This document shows, piece after piece, positions 24,886 to 33,892 of a stretch of DNA of 46,341 bases. Position 1 is the first letter of the stretch. Each line of letters opens with the position of its first letter. The DNA lies in assembly GCF_006345805.1 (NCBI RefSeq), contig NW_021834632.1, forward strand, positions 1 to 46,341, written 5' to 3'. The stretch comes from Octopus sinensis. Lineage: Eukaryota. The notes under the pieces are model-generated. The model saw nothing but the letters and a program-made list of their open reading frames with translations. It was not told the DNA's origin and did not search any database. A program made the position numbers and the translations under genes.

Positions 24886-27800
24886 ACATGTGCATAAGTT
24901 ATCTAAAAGTCCATAAGTCAGAGAAAAGATGCACTTGTATATCTGTCAATGAGTGGTTATATTATCCAAAGTGTACAGTATTATATAACCATCATGGCTG
25001 ATCTTACCAATTGGTTTCACACCAGGGGTATAGTAGAGAGGTAACAATCCAATCATATAACCCTGTGCTCACCAGAGGTAGCCGATATGTAATGAAATAT
25101 GGCAACTGTTCTCTATTGTTGGAGGTGAAAAGACATCCAGTTTGCAATTGTTGTTAAAATTTGATGAAACGAACAAAGTAGGGGATTTAGTCAAGAGTTA
25201 TGTCCCTTGATACCGAGACATTGCCACTGGATTAATTATGCTGTAAGTCAGAAAGAGTTATCATGAAGTGTTTGTGGAAATTGTGTGTGTCTTTCAGATT
25301 TATTTTCTTGTGAAAATGGGATATGTGTAGTGGTACTGTTTGTATAACTTTTGCAAGGAGTGTAGGCATTCATTACTATGTTTGCTAGAGTGTTTTCCTT
25401 CTGTATTAATTAAGATTGTGGGGGCTTTATGCATGTATGCACGTGTGTAAGGGTACAATATGTGTGTGGGCCTTTATATTGGAGGTGATGGAAAACAGCC
25501 TATTTGGAAGGCGTCTGTCTTGTTGGGTCTGGAGATCCTTCTGCTAGAACTTGGTAAAGAGTGACAGCAGAAGAATCTCCAGCTTATCTTCAAGCAAAGA
25601 GATTTTTGATGCTGCCACCCTGCACTACAATGAGGCACTGGTTGCGAGCAGTTTCAAGGATAGAATTAATTACACACCAGAACCTAACCCCTCCAAGTGA
25701 AAGTGGCACCAGAAAGTATTGTGGTTCACACTGCCCTTTTCTATAAATTTTAAAACCCAAGTAGGTAAGATTTTTCTTAGCTTAGTTGATGAATACTTCC
25801 CCCATACAAATTAATTCAGCAAAATATTCAATAGGCATACCTTGAAAATTTCCTTTAGCTGTGCACCTAGTGTAAAAAAGATTTTTGTAAGTAGGCCCAT
25901 GCCTGAGACAGCGGCAGGATACACATGTAGGGGGAGCACAGCATTTCCTCAGAATGGCCACTGTAACATGGAAGAAACTGCTATAGGACCAAGTGGGCAA
26001 CTAGACATATGAGAGTATGTAGGAGCAACTGAAGGCCACTTCAGAACCTGCTTTAACAACCACAAGTCCTACTTTAACATCCTGGAGAGACACACCACAA
26101 CAGAACAACCCTGGTCAGGTCTGTTTAATCTTTGAAAGTAAGTACGACAAAGTACAACAAAGTGGAAGATCCTAGAGAAATGTAAACCATACTTCAATAG
26201 CAGCAGGATGTGCAGGTTATGCCAAACTGAGAAAAGAGCAATTTTAAAGAGCATCCAGCACACAGGCTTTTACCTCAATAGCAGGAGTGAAGTATTTAAA
26301 TCCTTGCCCTCATGAAAGAAAGTACATCCTATCATTCCTGCATGCCCCATCATGACTACAACCACCAGTCCTCAGCCTCAGCTCTCCACCAATACTCTGG
26401 AGTCCGGCAAAGAGTTTGACCAGAGCATTCACCAATGCACCTACATACTCACTCACCAATACATCCACATACAAACACGCATGCTCCAGTATTGTACACA
26501 CCTACCAAATAGCCTGTTTTCCACAACCTCCAATATAAACTCACACACACACTTGCATTGTACTCCTACATTCACTGCATACACACATAAAGCCCCCATG
26601 ATCTTATCCAATACTGAAAGAAACCACATTAGCAAACACAGTAATGAATGCCTACACTCCTTGCAAAAGTTATACAAACAGTACCACTACACATATCCCA
26701 TTCCTACAAGAAAACAAACCTGAAAGACACACATAATTCCCACAAACACTTCATGATAACTCTTACCAATTTATACAACCTAACCAGCCCCGTGAAAATG
26801 TCTTGGTATCAAGGGACATAACTCTTGACTAAATCCCCCTACCTGGTTCGTTTCATCATATTTTCACAACTGCAAAATGGGTGTGTCCTTTTACCTCCAA
26901 CAATAGAGAGTAGTTGCCATGTTTCATTTCATATTGGCTACCTCTGATGAGCGGAGGTTATATGATTGGATTGTTACTTAACACTATGTTGTACCCCTGG
27001 TATGATTAGCCATGATGAATATATAATACTGTATACTTCAGATATATATATACCTTAAAAAGTCAGGGAATATGCAATAAATATATTTACTTAACCACTT
27101 CACATCCTTATGGTTATGGCCATTTTGCAGCCTTCTTCTTGTAGTAATAAATTCTGTGTGGAACATACATACATACATAGATATGTACATACATACTTAC
27201 ATACATACATGCATGCATGCATGCATACATACATACATACATACATCATACATACATGCATGCATGCATGTATACATACATACATACATACATACATACA
27301 TACTACATACATACATACATACATCATACATACATACATATAACATCTAACTTTTTAGATGTAACTCTAAGCATATCAACCTCCCAATACTCCCCTTATG
27401 ACATACCTAACTAATATCTTAAATACCTAAACATTCATTCCAATCACCACAAATCCCCTTTTGATAACATAATCAAGGGTATCTCGACTCGTATATCTGA
27501 CCTCTCTTTCACTGGGGAAATTTTCAATAACCACACACCATATTATAATCAAGCACTCACTGCTAGCAGCCTCTCCCAACAAATAAAATCCATCTATAAC
27601 ACCAGGCTCAAACAATATATATCTCATATCACATCACAAAGACACACCAACCATCACAATCACAACTGATCACACATACACTTTGATAGAAGCCCCTGGA
27701 AGATCTCACACCTAGACAACCTGGACCCCCACACATACATTTAACACTAGGTCAAAAACTAGAACAGCTAGCAACAACAGGCCTTGCCACCCCCTTCCAT

Positions 27801-30800
27801 CCTCCAAAAACCTAGATAGTACTACTCCTAAAATGTGACGGATGATCTATTCTGTGGTACACATCCACCTTCTCACATAATGTTAAGAACTTTGCTAAAT
27901 CCTTCTTTAAAATACTAGACTCCAACTTCCCTCATCAACATAAATATTATTCTATCTTTAATAGATCCACCTTGAAACTATCCTATTCTGCCCCACCCAA
28001 CTACAAATCTATCATAGCAGCCTCTAATAAACAAAAACTTTCTCTCTACTTTCAAAACTCACATAATTATAATTCTAGTTACACGAATGCTCAACACACA
28101 CACAGCTCCAGCATGGAAACCCAACCCAACCTATCCTACTGACACTACCCAGAACACCACCACAACCTCTAACATTCTTACAAATAGTGCATTTAATAAC
28201 AATAGTAGTAGTAATAACAATAATAGTAATAATAGCATTAATAATACTAATAGTTTAGACCTTTCAACCCACTTCTCTAACCTCTCCTCTGACAATGTTA
28301 CCGCCTCCATTCCTGAAAGCAATCTTCAAATTTCATCCACTTGTAACTGCCATCCTGAGGCCATCTGCCCTTTGTAAGCCCATTGTAAAAGATATAATGT
28401 AATTTACAAATGCACTGTCCTTAACCTATTACTTAATTCTACAACCATATACATAGAATCAACCATAAATTTTAAACAACTATATGCCGCTCCCCTCCAT
28501 TCTTTTAGATATGATAAACATAGGAAATCTACAACACTCACCAGTCACATACATCATCTCAAAAATACAAATATACCCATACTTTGTCATGGTCCATATT
28601 AGATTCAGGGCTTCCTTACCAAGGTCAACACTTAACCTGCAAGTTATGCCTAAAGGAGGCACTTCACATATTAGAGCACAACTCTTCAACACTACTAGAT
28701 AAACATAATAAGGCCCTAAACACATGAAACCATTGCTTTTTTCATACATTCAAATTCTACCACAAATCCAAAAGCCTATATAACCACACAGTATATTTCC
28801 ACAATACCCCATAGGTAATCCTTAACAAACATATAAGTCTCCATTTTAATTTCTAATCCTTATCTAACCCCCATTTCTTACCTGAGGATCACAGTCATTT
28901 AGTTATATAAGTATATTTATGTATGCATGCATGTATGTATGTATGTATGTATGTATGTATGTATGTATGTATGTATGTATGTATGTATGTATGGATGTAT
29001 TTATATGTGTGTATGTATGTATGTAGGTGTGTATGTATATATGTGTATGTCTATATGTATGTGTATGTATGTGTGTATATATATGTGTATGTATGCATCA
29101 TCATCATCATCATCGTTTATCGTCCATTTCCCATGCTAACATGGGTTGGACAGTTCAACCGGGGTCTGGGAAGCCAGGAGGCTGCACCAGGCTTCAGTCT
29201 GATCTGGCAGTGTTTCTACAGCTGGATGCCCTTCCTAACGCCAACCACACCATTATAGGTACATGTGAGTATATATGAATATATTTTATGTAAGTGTGAG
29301 TATGTGTAGACCTATATATGTACACATGCCCACCCATGTGTGTGCATGTGTGCATATACACTTACATACAATTATACACGTGTGTGAGTCTGCATGCATG
29401 CATTTATATATGCAAGAATTTATATATTCAAAATAGATATGAATGAGTGTGTATATGCATGAATGTGTGTGAAGAGTTTGTATGCGTATATATTTGTTAA
29501 TGTATGTATATGTCTATATATATGTGTGGATACGTATGTGTGTATATCTTGAAAGATATAAATTCTTTCTTCCTTTTCCTCCTCACCTATCAGAAATGTC
29601 TATTTATAGCAACTTGACTTACGAGGGACGTTCAATAAGTAATGCTCCTGATCCACTTGCAGTTGGTTGATCTAGCTGAAATTTTGCATGTGCAATTATT
29701 AATATGTCTATAGAATAAGTGGCAAATTACAGCTCTGAACTAATTGTAGTTTCTGATTTACAGGTGTTTGAACAGAGTCAAGTGTGAAATGGAGCCAGTT
29801 GAGTGTCGAGCAGTGATCCGGTTTTTGTATTTGAAAGGACGCACACCATGGGAGACTTTCGATGAAATGAAAGTAACTTATGGTGATGATGCCCCATCAT
29901 ATGACCTTGTAAAACGCTGGCATCGTGAATTTAAACATGGTCGGAACTCTGTGGAAACAGCTCCCAGATCTGGTCGCCCCCTTCTGCCATTGATGAGGCA
30001 TCTGTCCGTCAAGTTGAGGCTGCCATTTTGGAAGATCGACGCATAACTATTCGCCAAATAGCCCATGAGGTCAAGATTAGTACCGCGTCTGTGGAAACTA
30101 TCATTCATGACCATTTGCATATGCAAAAGGTGTCTGCCAGATGGATTCCCAGGTTGCTCACACCTTTCCAGAAGCAAGAACGCGTCGAGTGTTCGAGGAT
30201 GAATTTGGAGATGTGCCAAGAAGATGAGTCAAAATTTTTCAAAAGACTGATTACACAGGATGAAACCTGGGTCCATCACTATGATTCAGAGACCAAAGCC
30301 CAGTCAATGCAGTGGAAGCACCGTGACTCACCACCTCCAAAGAAGGCAAGGGTGCAGCCCTTCACTGGCAAGGTCATGCTCACAGTTTTCTGGGACCAGG
30401 ACGGAGTAGTGATGACAGATTTCCTGGCAAAGGGTACCACAATTATAGGAGCCTATTATGCTTCACTTTTGAAGAAATTAAGAGAAGCTATCAAAATCAA
30501 GAGGTGGGGCAAGATCAGCAAAGGCATCCTCCTCCTGCAGGACAACGCTCTGGTGTGTCGCCAGATCAGAAGCACAGACGTGCGGCTATGAACTCCTCCC
30601 CCACCCCCCCTACTCTCCTGACCTTGCACCCTCTGATTTTCACCTCTTCTCAGCCATGAAGTTTTTGAAAGGAAAGCATTTCCCAGATGATGTAGCCTTG
30701 ATTTCTGAAGTCACGTCGTGGTTGGAGGACCAAGCTGGGGTATTCTACAAAAACGGTCTCCAGAGCTGCATCAAACGATGGGAGAAATGCGTAACTCTGG

Positions 30801-31602
30801 GTGGTTCCTATGTAGAAAAAGACTAATAACTGTGCCAAGTTTCGTTGCTCTACTGCTATGGGAACTGGGTCAGGGGCATTACTTATTGAACGCCTCGTAT
30901 ATTCTTCATTATTTATATTCTTCATTCCATCTCAATTTTATTACCAAAACTAATTCCCACTTACACATCACCCTACCCTCTTACTTTCTCTCTACATTTT
31001 CTATATCCATCCCTTAATGTAGCTCTATCACACCACTCCTGTTCACATACCTCACACATTTTTACTCTTTACCCTCTCATCTCTTCCTGTTTCTCCCCCT
31101 CACTTCTCCCTTCTAACATTTTATCCTGACCACTAGCTAACACACCTCTTTCTTCACTTATTTGTTGTATCTCCCACCCCCTTCTTTTCTTTTACCTCCA
31201 GTTCTCTTCCTGTTTTTGATTTGACCTTACAAACTCATTCCCAATTTCTAAGTCACTCCAAAAAAACCCTCGAACGAATAACACAGTTTACAAGACTCTA
31301 TGCTTGGAATGACCAAATATAAACATTATTGGAACTCACATGGGGTACAGGAAACGTATATATACACCATTCTGCTTAAATGATGGAACTGCAAGTACAA
31401 TATCCTTACGTATCACACTTCTATTTTCATTCCTTCACTTCCCTCTGTATTTCATATCTTATCTACAATAATTAATACTCAAACATTTTCTTGCACCATC
31501 TCTGATAAAGAGATATATAAAATATCCTGGAAACAGCTGTAAGACCTCTTTATAAATGTTTTGAAAACTATTCACAGCCTTGGATTTTTACATCATTCTG
31601 TC

Positions 31603-31633
<31 letters not shown>

Positions 31634-31957
31634 TGTGTGTGTGTTTGAGAAATATGACATCTGTGGTTTTAATTTATTAACGTATTTTCATCTTGTTTCT
31701 TGTATTATTATAGTTTGAACTCTGACATTAACAATGATTTTGATGGTATGTATCATAAAAATATCAACGCTGCACCAAAAACTCTTTACAACTTTGATGA
31801 TGACACAACATATTCAATACAAGCAGACAACTCCAAATCAGATTTGGACAGTGTTATCAAAGAACGTGATGCAGAAATGAACAAGATAAACAATGATTCT
31901 ACAGTTCTTTATGGTAATTCAGATCATGAATCAGATGTTGAAGCTACTGAAGTATAA
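1291..31957 (+). CDS. Non-classical single-pass cadherin (CDH23/Cad87A/CDHR-like), 3' part. join(1291..1455,3375..3530,5286..5347,6193..6430,12200..12433,15537..15661,20636..20676,22913..22970,24175..24240,31714..31957); 5' exons outside window
   Basis: Ten GT-AG exons with matching phases sum to 1389 nt (463 codons including TAA). Cadherin motifs: LDYE x2, IDYE, AxDxD x2, AxDxG, xNDNAP. Also a hydrophobic TM segment, cytoplasmic RELRAA and PGTNLFSDGQINPLY, and C-terminal ATEV*. Exact orthology not established. Confidence 0.9.
3055..3350 (+). mobile_element. tRNA-derived SINE family A, diverged copy
   Basis: ggttcagtcccactgcatggcatcttgagcaaatgtcttctactatagc... aligns by eye with the copy at 37290. 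Confidence 0.8.
3375..3530 (+). CDS. Cadherin exon 2: IVAEDK...PVDEFLPQF...LITIT
   Basis: ttccag acceptor, gtaagt donor, 156 nt, phase 0/0; AED motif, inter-repeat linker and VSED motif. Confidence 0.9.
5286..5347 (+). CDS. Cadherin exon 3: ATDDDSGKDGEVTYAIFGDN
   Basis: tttag acceptor, gtaagt donor, 62 nt, phase 0/2; AxDxD..G.V.Y motif. Confidence 0.9.
6193..6430 (+). CDS. Cadherin exon 4: FTIDSKSGTISVSKKLDYE...GINDNAPIF...EITVQ
   Basis: aacag acceptor, gtaagt donor, 238 nt, phase 2/0; F.ID..SG.I, LDYE, ATDGG, NDNAP motifs. Confidence 0.92.
7027..8192 (-). mobile_element. Near full-length decayed Tc1/mariner (DD37D maT-like) DNA transposon
   Basis: Imperfect TIRs (cagggtgtttgtgggtaaatttgaca at 7027; rc cacgggatgtctgggctaaatttgaca ending 8192). 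Transposase remnants: GRPYVW**ISAPCHTSRKSQKWLSENF and NA*TRFWNPFEAVLEAKSDYF. Confidence 0.8.
8935..9145. repeat. Compound (TG)n/(TATG)n microsatellite
   Basis: Direct observation. Confidence 0.85.
10733..10892 (+). mobile_element. RTE LINE 3' tail fragment ending (GAT)n
   Basis: gttggcgttaggaagggcatccagctgtagaaac...catgctagcatggaaaacggacgttaaatgatgat is the rc of the 3' end of the RTE at 42056-43541. Confidence 0.85.
10894..11230 (-). mobile_element. RTE LINE 3'UTR fragment with diverged ~60-bp repeat units
   Basis: Same tail in opposite orientation, followed by gtgccac...ggtgctttt units. Confidence 0.85.
11232..12030 (+). mobile_element. maT/DD37D-like transposase pseudogene, 5'-truncated
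   Basis: ORF 11342..11698 WFFSYKKNFDQDQKTNRRNDRW...VMVLGVV..EGHVMPPHFF; downstream frameshifted QQDSA and NSPDLN remnants. Confidence 0.85.
12200..12433 (+). CDS. Cadherin exon 5: ATDADKENSGNSQVKYSI...IDYE...AEDNG...VNITVL
   Basis: ctatag acceptor, gtgagt donor, 234 nt, phase 0/0; AxDxD, V.YSI, IDYE, AEDNG motifs. Confidence 0.92.
12560..14292 (-). mobile_element. R4/Dong-clade non-LTR retrotransposon (RT thumb, CCHC knuckle, restriction-like endonuclease), 5'-truncated and SINE-interrupted
   Basis: CRLCGKSVENVTHLVSGC, HHDKV, QPDIVI, IIDVAIP (12697..13158); LHGALHP..NRLYMKRKSGGRGL (13816..14028); DISMEFRITKCSV at about 14260-14292; LQKAALL near 12570. Confidence 0.88.
13468..13842 (-). mobile_element. 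tRNA-derived SINE family B with 11-bp TSD, nested in R4/Dong
   Basis: TSD ccttatacaat at 13457-13467 and 13843-13853; head rc ggaggcgcaatggcccagtggttaggg; matches 37946-38330. Confidence 0.92.
14293..14675 (-). mobile_element. Second R4/Dong-type 3' end: ORF end, 3'UTR, (AAT)n tail
   Basis: Minus frame IQKIVLMGTAHILRKILSM* (stop at 14614-14616); (AAT)n tail 14293-14372. Confidence 0.82.
14676..15190 (-). mobile_element. Third R4/Dong-type 3' end with (AAT)n tail
   Basis: REIQKILLTSTAHILRKTLSI* (14920..15138); VTVVIAAL near 15150; (AAT)n tail about 14676-14760. Confidence 0.78.
15537..15661 (+). CDS. Cadherin exon 6, stalk plus transmembrane helix: RPESPGAANSNEKNFTSITTVTVVLVFIFIITMLLSHADNQ
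   Basis: Pyrimidine tract + ttctag acceptor, AG|gttggt donor, 125 nt, phase 0/2 fits both neighbours; about 19-aa hydrophobic run. Confidence 0.75.
16244..16448. mobile_element. Probable TTAA-bounded (piggyBac-type) MITE, decayed
   Basis: TTAA at both ends; interior recalls an octopus MITE from memory; TIRs poorly preserved. Confidence 0.4.
16630..17428 (-). mobile_element. RTE LINE, 5'-truncated
   Basis: (CAT)n tail, same 3'UTR as 42056 copy; MLHGSETWTVTAEDMHKLARNEASMLRWMCNV (17233..17427). Confidence 0.92.
17430..17932 (-). mobile_element. mariner (DD34D) transposase fragment
   Basis: KPFLKQLVTGDENWIVYNNIVRKRSW; YVWVLHKLSE (WVPHEL-like). Confidence 0.85.
17935..19670 (-). mobile_element. 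Gypsy (K02A2.6-like) pol 3' fragment: RNase H end, integrase, PPT, probable 3' LTR
   Basis: SIYGSKKGIPMHAANWLQR..LNYNYAMEY; YHPSSNRQVEQFVDTFKRALRK..LQQFLRVYRVAPNPNTP..SPAELM (18496..18855); purine tract aaaaggggag at rc of about 18108-18118. Confidence 0.85.
19675..20477 (+). mobile_element. mariner, 5'-truncated; same family as 40028-41292
   Basis: TTRELAENMECSYTAIEKHLHSMGKFQKYGAWV; KTMLCIWWDWEEIIHYELL; 3' TIR aacttaattgccaacccaa followed by TA. Confidence 0.88.
20518..20588 (+). repeat. (CT)n(CA)n microsatellite about 50 bp upstream of the 41-nt exon acceptor
   Basis: Direct observation. Confidence 0.95.
20636..20676 (+). CDS. Cadherin exon 7 (41 nt): (R)YSRELRAAKTTKK
   Basis: ttcag acceptor, gtaagt donor, phase 2/1; juxtamembrane R-x-L-[KR]-A-A motif of CDH23/Cad87A-type tails. 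Confidence 0.82.
21340..21595 (-). mobile_element. SINE family A with internal 75-bp tandem duplication (21423-21575)
   Basis: gcttctttcagtttccatctaccaaattc... is the rc of the SINE A core; tggtcagcttggaactatagtagaaggcatttgttcaa recurs at 21423 and 21498. Confidence 0.78.
21647..21772. repeat. Near-perfect 126-bp palindrome centred on an RTE 3'-terminus motif
   Basis: Arms 21647-21709 and 21711-21772 are reverse complements apart from one A indel and one substitution; 1-nt centre at 21710. Confidence 0.95.
22270..22450 (+). mobile_element. SINE family A, old copy
   Basis: Degenerate ggttcagaccc...ttgggctagtgtcc...agacagaaactgaaggaagccc. Confidence 0.65.
22490..22725 (-). mobile_element. tRNA-derived SINE family C, old copy
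   Basis: gggaattgaacccatgatc (rc B box) plus aaatgatgtgtcttgttcc core-like segment. Confidence 0.55.
22913..22970 (+). CDS. Cadherin exon 8 (58 nt): (Q)SIGKSEDVYPGTNLFSDG
   Basis: ttgcag acceptor, gtatgt donor, phase 1/2; PGTN...DG matches the PNTN...G motif. Confidence 0.82.
23570..23830 (-). mobile_element. Possible hAT transposase relic
   Basis: Minus frame ASKYSICFEYSLDPS weakly resembles the hAT S.ALDESTD motif; many stops. Confidence 0.25.
24175..24240 (+). CDS. Cadherin exon 9 (66 nt): (Q)INPLYNNLDENDMGGPLPEKE
   Basis: ttttcag acceptor, gtatgt donor, phase 2/2; NPLY continues the PxTN..G.NP motif. Confidence 0.82.
24470..24640 (+). mobile_element. SINE family A, old copy
   Basis: ttggcaagtgtcttctactac...gaccaatgccttgtgagtg. 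Confidence 0.7.
24662..24800 (-). mobile_element. RTE LINE 3' tail fragment
   Basis: (CAT)n cgtttaacgtccgttctccatgctagcatgggttggacgg. Confidence 0.9.
24955..27055 (+). mobile_element. Penelope-like element, 5'-truncated, with inverted copy of its 3' terminal region at the 5' end
   Basis: KVLWFTLPFSINFKTQVGKIFLSLVDEYFP..KIFNRHTLKISFSC; EYVGATEGHFRTCFNNHKS (GIY-YIG part); WKILEKCKPY..CRLCQTEK. Segment 24955-25510 is the rc of about 26500-27055. Confidence 0.85.
27165..27340 (+). repeat. (TACA)n/(CATG)n microsatellite
   Basis: Direct observation. Confidence 0.95.
27345..28900 (+). mobile_element. Second, older Penelope-like element (RT C-terminus plus GIY-YIG), decayed
   Basis: NFLDVTLSISTSQYSPY; SILWYTSTFSHNVKNFAKSFFKILDSNFP..SIFNRSTLKLSYS; CNCHPEAICPL; CKLCLKEALHIL. 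Confidence 0.82.
28920..29095 (+). repeat. (TATG)n microsatellite
   Basis: Direct observation. Confidence 0.95.
29096..29250 (-). mobile_element. RTE LINE 3' tail fragment
   Basis: (CAT)n cgtttatcgtccatttcccatgctaacatgggttggac...cctaacgccaacc. Confidence 0.88.
29622..30897 (+). mobile_element. Full-length mariner (irritans/Himar1-like), TA TSD, frameshifted transposase (ATG 29789 to TAA 30826)
   Basis: TIRs cgagg(g)acgttcaataagtaatgc at both ends, flanked by TA (29620-21, 30898-99); WIPRLL, TQDETWVHHYD, QDNA, YSPDLAPSDFHLF motifs. Confidence 0.95.
30900..31600 (+). mobile_element. Probable Penelope-type terminal repeat region carrying a degenerate hammerhead motif
   Basis: C/T-rich tract like the other PLE 3' regions, followed by CTGATAA...GAAAC-AGCT-GTA; no coding remnant confirmed. 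Confidence 0.45.
31496..31546 (+). ncRNA. Degenerate minimal type I hammerhead ribozyme motif (G8>A, probably inactive)
   Basis: tct-CTGATAA-stem II (gata/tatc)-GAAAC-agct-GTA^aga. Confidence 0.55.
31714..31957 (+). CDS. Cadherin terminal exon: (S)LNSDINNDFDG...SDVEATEV*
   Basis: ttattatag acceptor in phase 2; acidic open frame (track ORF 31700..31957) ending in class I PDZ motif T-E-V; AATAAA 43 nt after the stop. Confidence 0.8.
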
Positions 31958-31999
31958 CAAGCTAAATATTATATTTACTTGTGAATGTAAAAGAAAATT

Positions 32000-32005
32000 A
32001 ATAAA
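32000..32005 (+). promoter_or_regulatory. Candidate polyadenylation signal of the cadherin (others near 32418 and 32808)
   Basis: AATAAA 43 nt after the stop codon; the hexamer is common in AT-rich DNA. Confidence 0.35.
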
Positions 32006-32084
32006 TCCTATCAATAGTTAATGTTTTTGATTTTGAACATTTCATCCAAATCAAACACATATTGGATAAATATATTCGTGCATT

Positions 32085-32128
32085 TGTATGTGTATATTTT
32101 GTGTGTGAATATCTGTGCATATATATGC

Positions 32129-32170
<42 letters not shown>

Positions 32171-32319
32171 ATGTATATACCCATTCATATATATATATAC
32201 ATATATGTATGTATATAAATATATATATGTATGTATATATATATGTATGAATATATATATATATGTTACATATATATGTGTGTGTGTATATATATATATG
32301 TATATATATGTATGTGTGT

Positions 32320-32363
<44 letters not shown>

Positions 32364-32396
32364 ATATATATATATATACACACACACACATATATA
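32085..32396. repeat. (TA)n/(TG)n microsatellite in the putative 3'UTR region
   Basis: Direct observation. Confidence 0.95.
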
Positions 32397-33892
32397 TGAT
32401 TTTTTGTTATAATATCAAATAAAATTGTAATTATAATTATTCAAAAGCTTTTCGTAGTTGTTAAAATATCTTTAAATAGTGTAATATATTGAAGTTATTC
32501 AACCTTTAAGTCAACATCTTATCCTGAGAGACAAGCATGACTTTTTTAGCTATGTGTTATTTTAAGTTTATCATGGAATTGTCTACTATACAATGGCCCA
32601 AACAGGCTGAACTTCATCTGTATCAGTTCCCTTGTCAAAGCTGACTGAGAAGGAAATGTACTTTGTTCTAAACAGTTACAAGTTATCTTGAGGCTGTTTT
32701 GAAGATCTGAACTGAGAATTGCAAGCTAAAAGAGCTCTTAATATTAATTACTTAATATTATTCTTACTTACTATGATGTACTGTAATAACGCCATAATAC
32801 CAGTTTCTAAATAAAATGACTAAGTCAGCCATTTACAGGTTAATAATCTTGGCAATATATATGGCTGGTGATGGTATATTAATTATCAGTCTTTTGATAG
32901 ATAGTCTAACACATTATAGACTCAGCAAAGCAGCATTTTTTATATCAGCAGTGTAAAGAACTGATAAGTATTTTGATTGCGTGTTAAGTTTGTAAATAGA
33001 ATATATAACAAAAATTTTTATATATCCTGAAAATTGTTTCAAAAATAAATTTATTTAAAAAAAAGTAACTATGTATTCTATCATTATTATTGTTTTTATT
33101 CATATATCACTGATAAATCAGTATACACAGCTACATAGAGTTTGCAGAAGAGGAAGACACAGAAAGACTTGGAATAAATTAGTAAAGGTTGACTTTAGGA
33201 TTTTGGTCCTCGTGGATGAGATAACCAAGAGCTGAGATTACTGGCAGAGCACAGTACTCAATAAGACCTGTCCATCATGGTGAGACTGAAGTTCTAGAAC
33301 ACAATGTGTATATACAACTGGGTCCCTTGCCGATGAGTCATTGTCAAGCCTTCCCTATCACCTACTGTCTGCCAGTAGAGAAGGAAAGAGTAAGGAATGC
33401 ACGGTGTTGACTAGAAAAGAAGAAAGGATAAAGATGGCATCGTCTTTCTTGCTGCTGAAATCTTCTCTTTTGTGTCAGCTATGACCAAGGAGTAACACTT
33501 TCCCTTTGCTGGACATATGAATAGAACAGAGTAAGGACATTTAGCAAAGATGACTCAGAAGTTGTTCTTTGATTATTATCCCAAACAGCAATAGCTTTCT
33601 TCAACTGAATACATGTTGATTGGTTAAAATTACCTAAATACGACAACTTTAAGATGAAATAACTTCTAAAATGCAAAATTTTGCAAAAAATGTTGAAAGT
33701 AAACCGTATTCAGCATGAGAAATTACACCAGTATATGAAGTTTCAAACTGTTTAGTTGGAAAAAAAATAATTTTAAAAATCTGTGAGCGAAACTGAATAG
33801 ATCCCCACTTCTTTCAGTATTTAAATGGTTTTTTTTTCAATGAAATTTTATAGAAATACCTTGCAAATGGCATACATCACAATTATAAAGAA

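Noticed and set aside
26944-26950. CTGATGA in the Penelope terminal region (also CTGAGGA at 28882) as hammerhead cores
   Set aside because: No GAAA, stem II or stem III partner nearby in either copy or in the inverted arm
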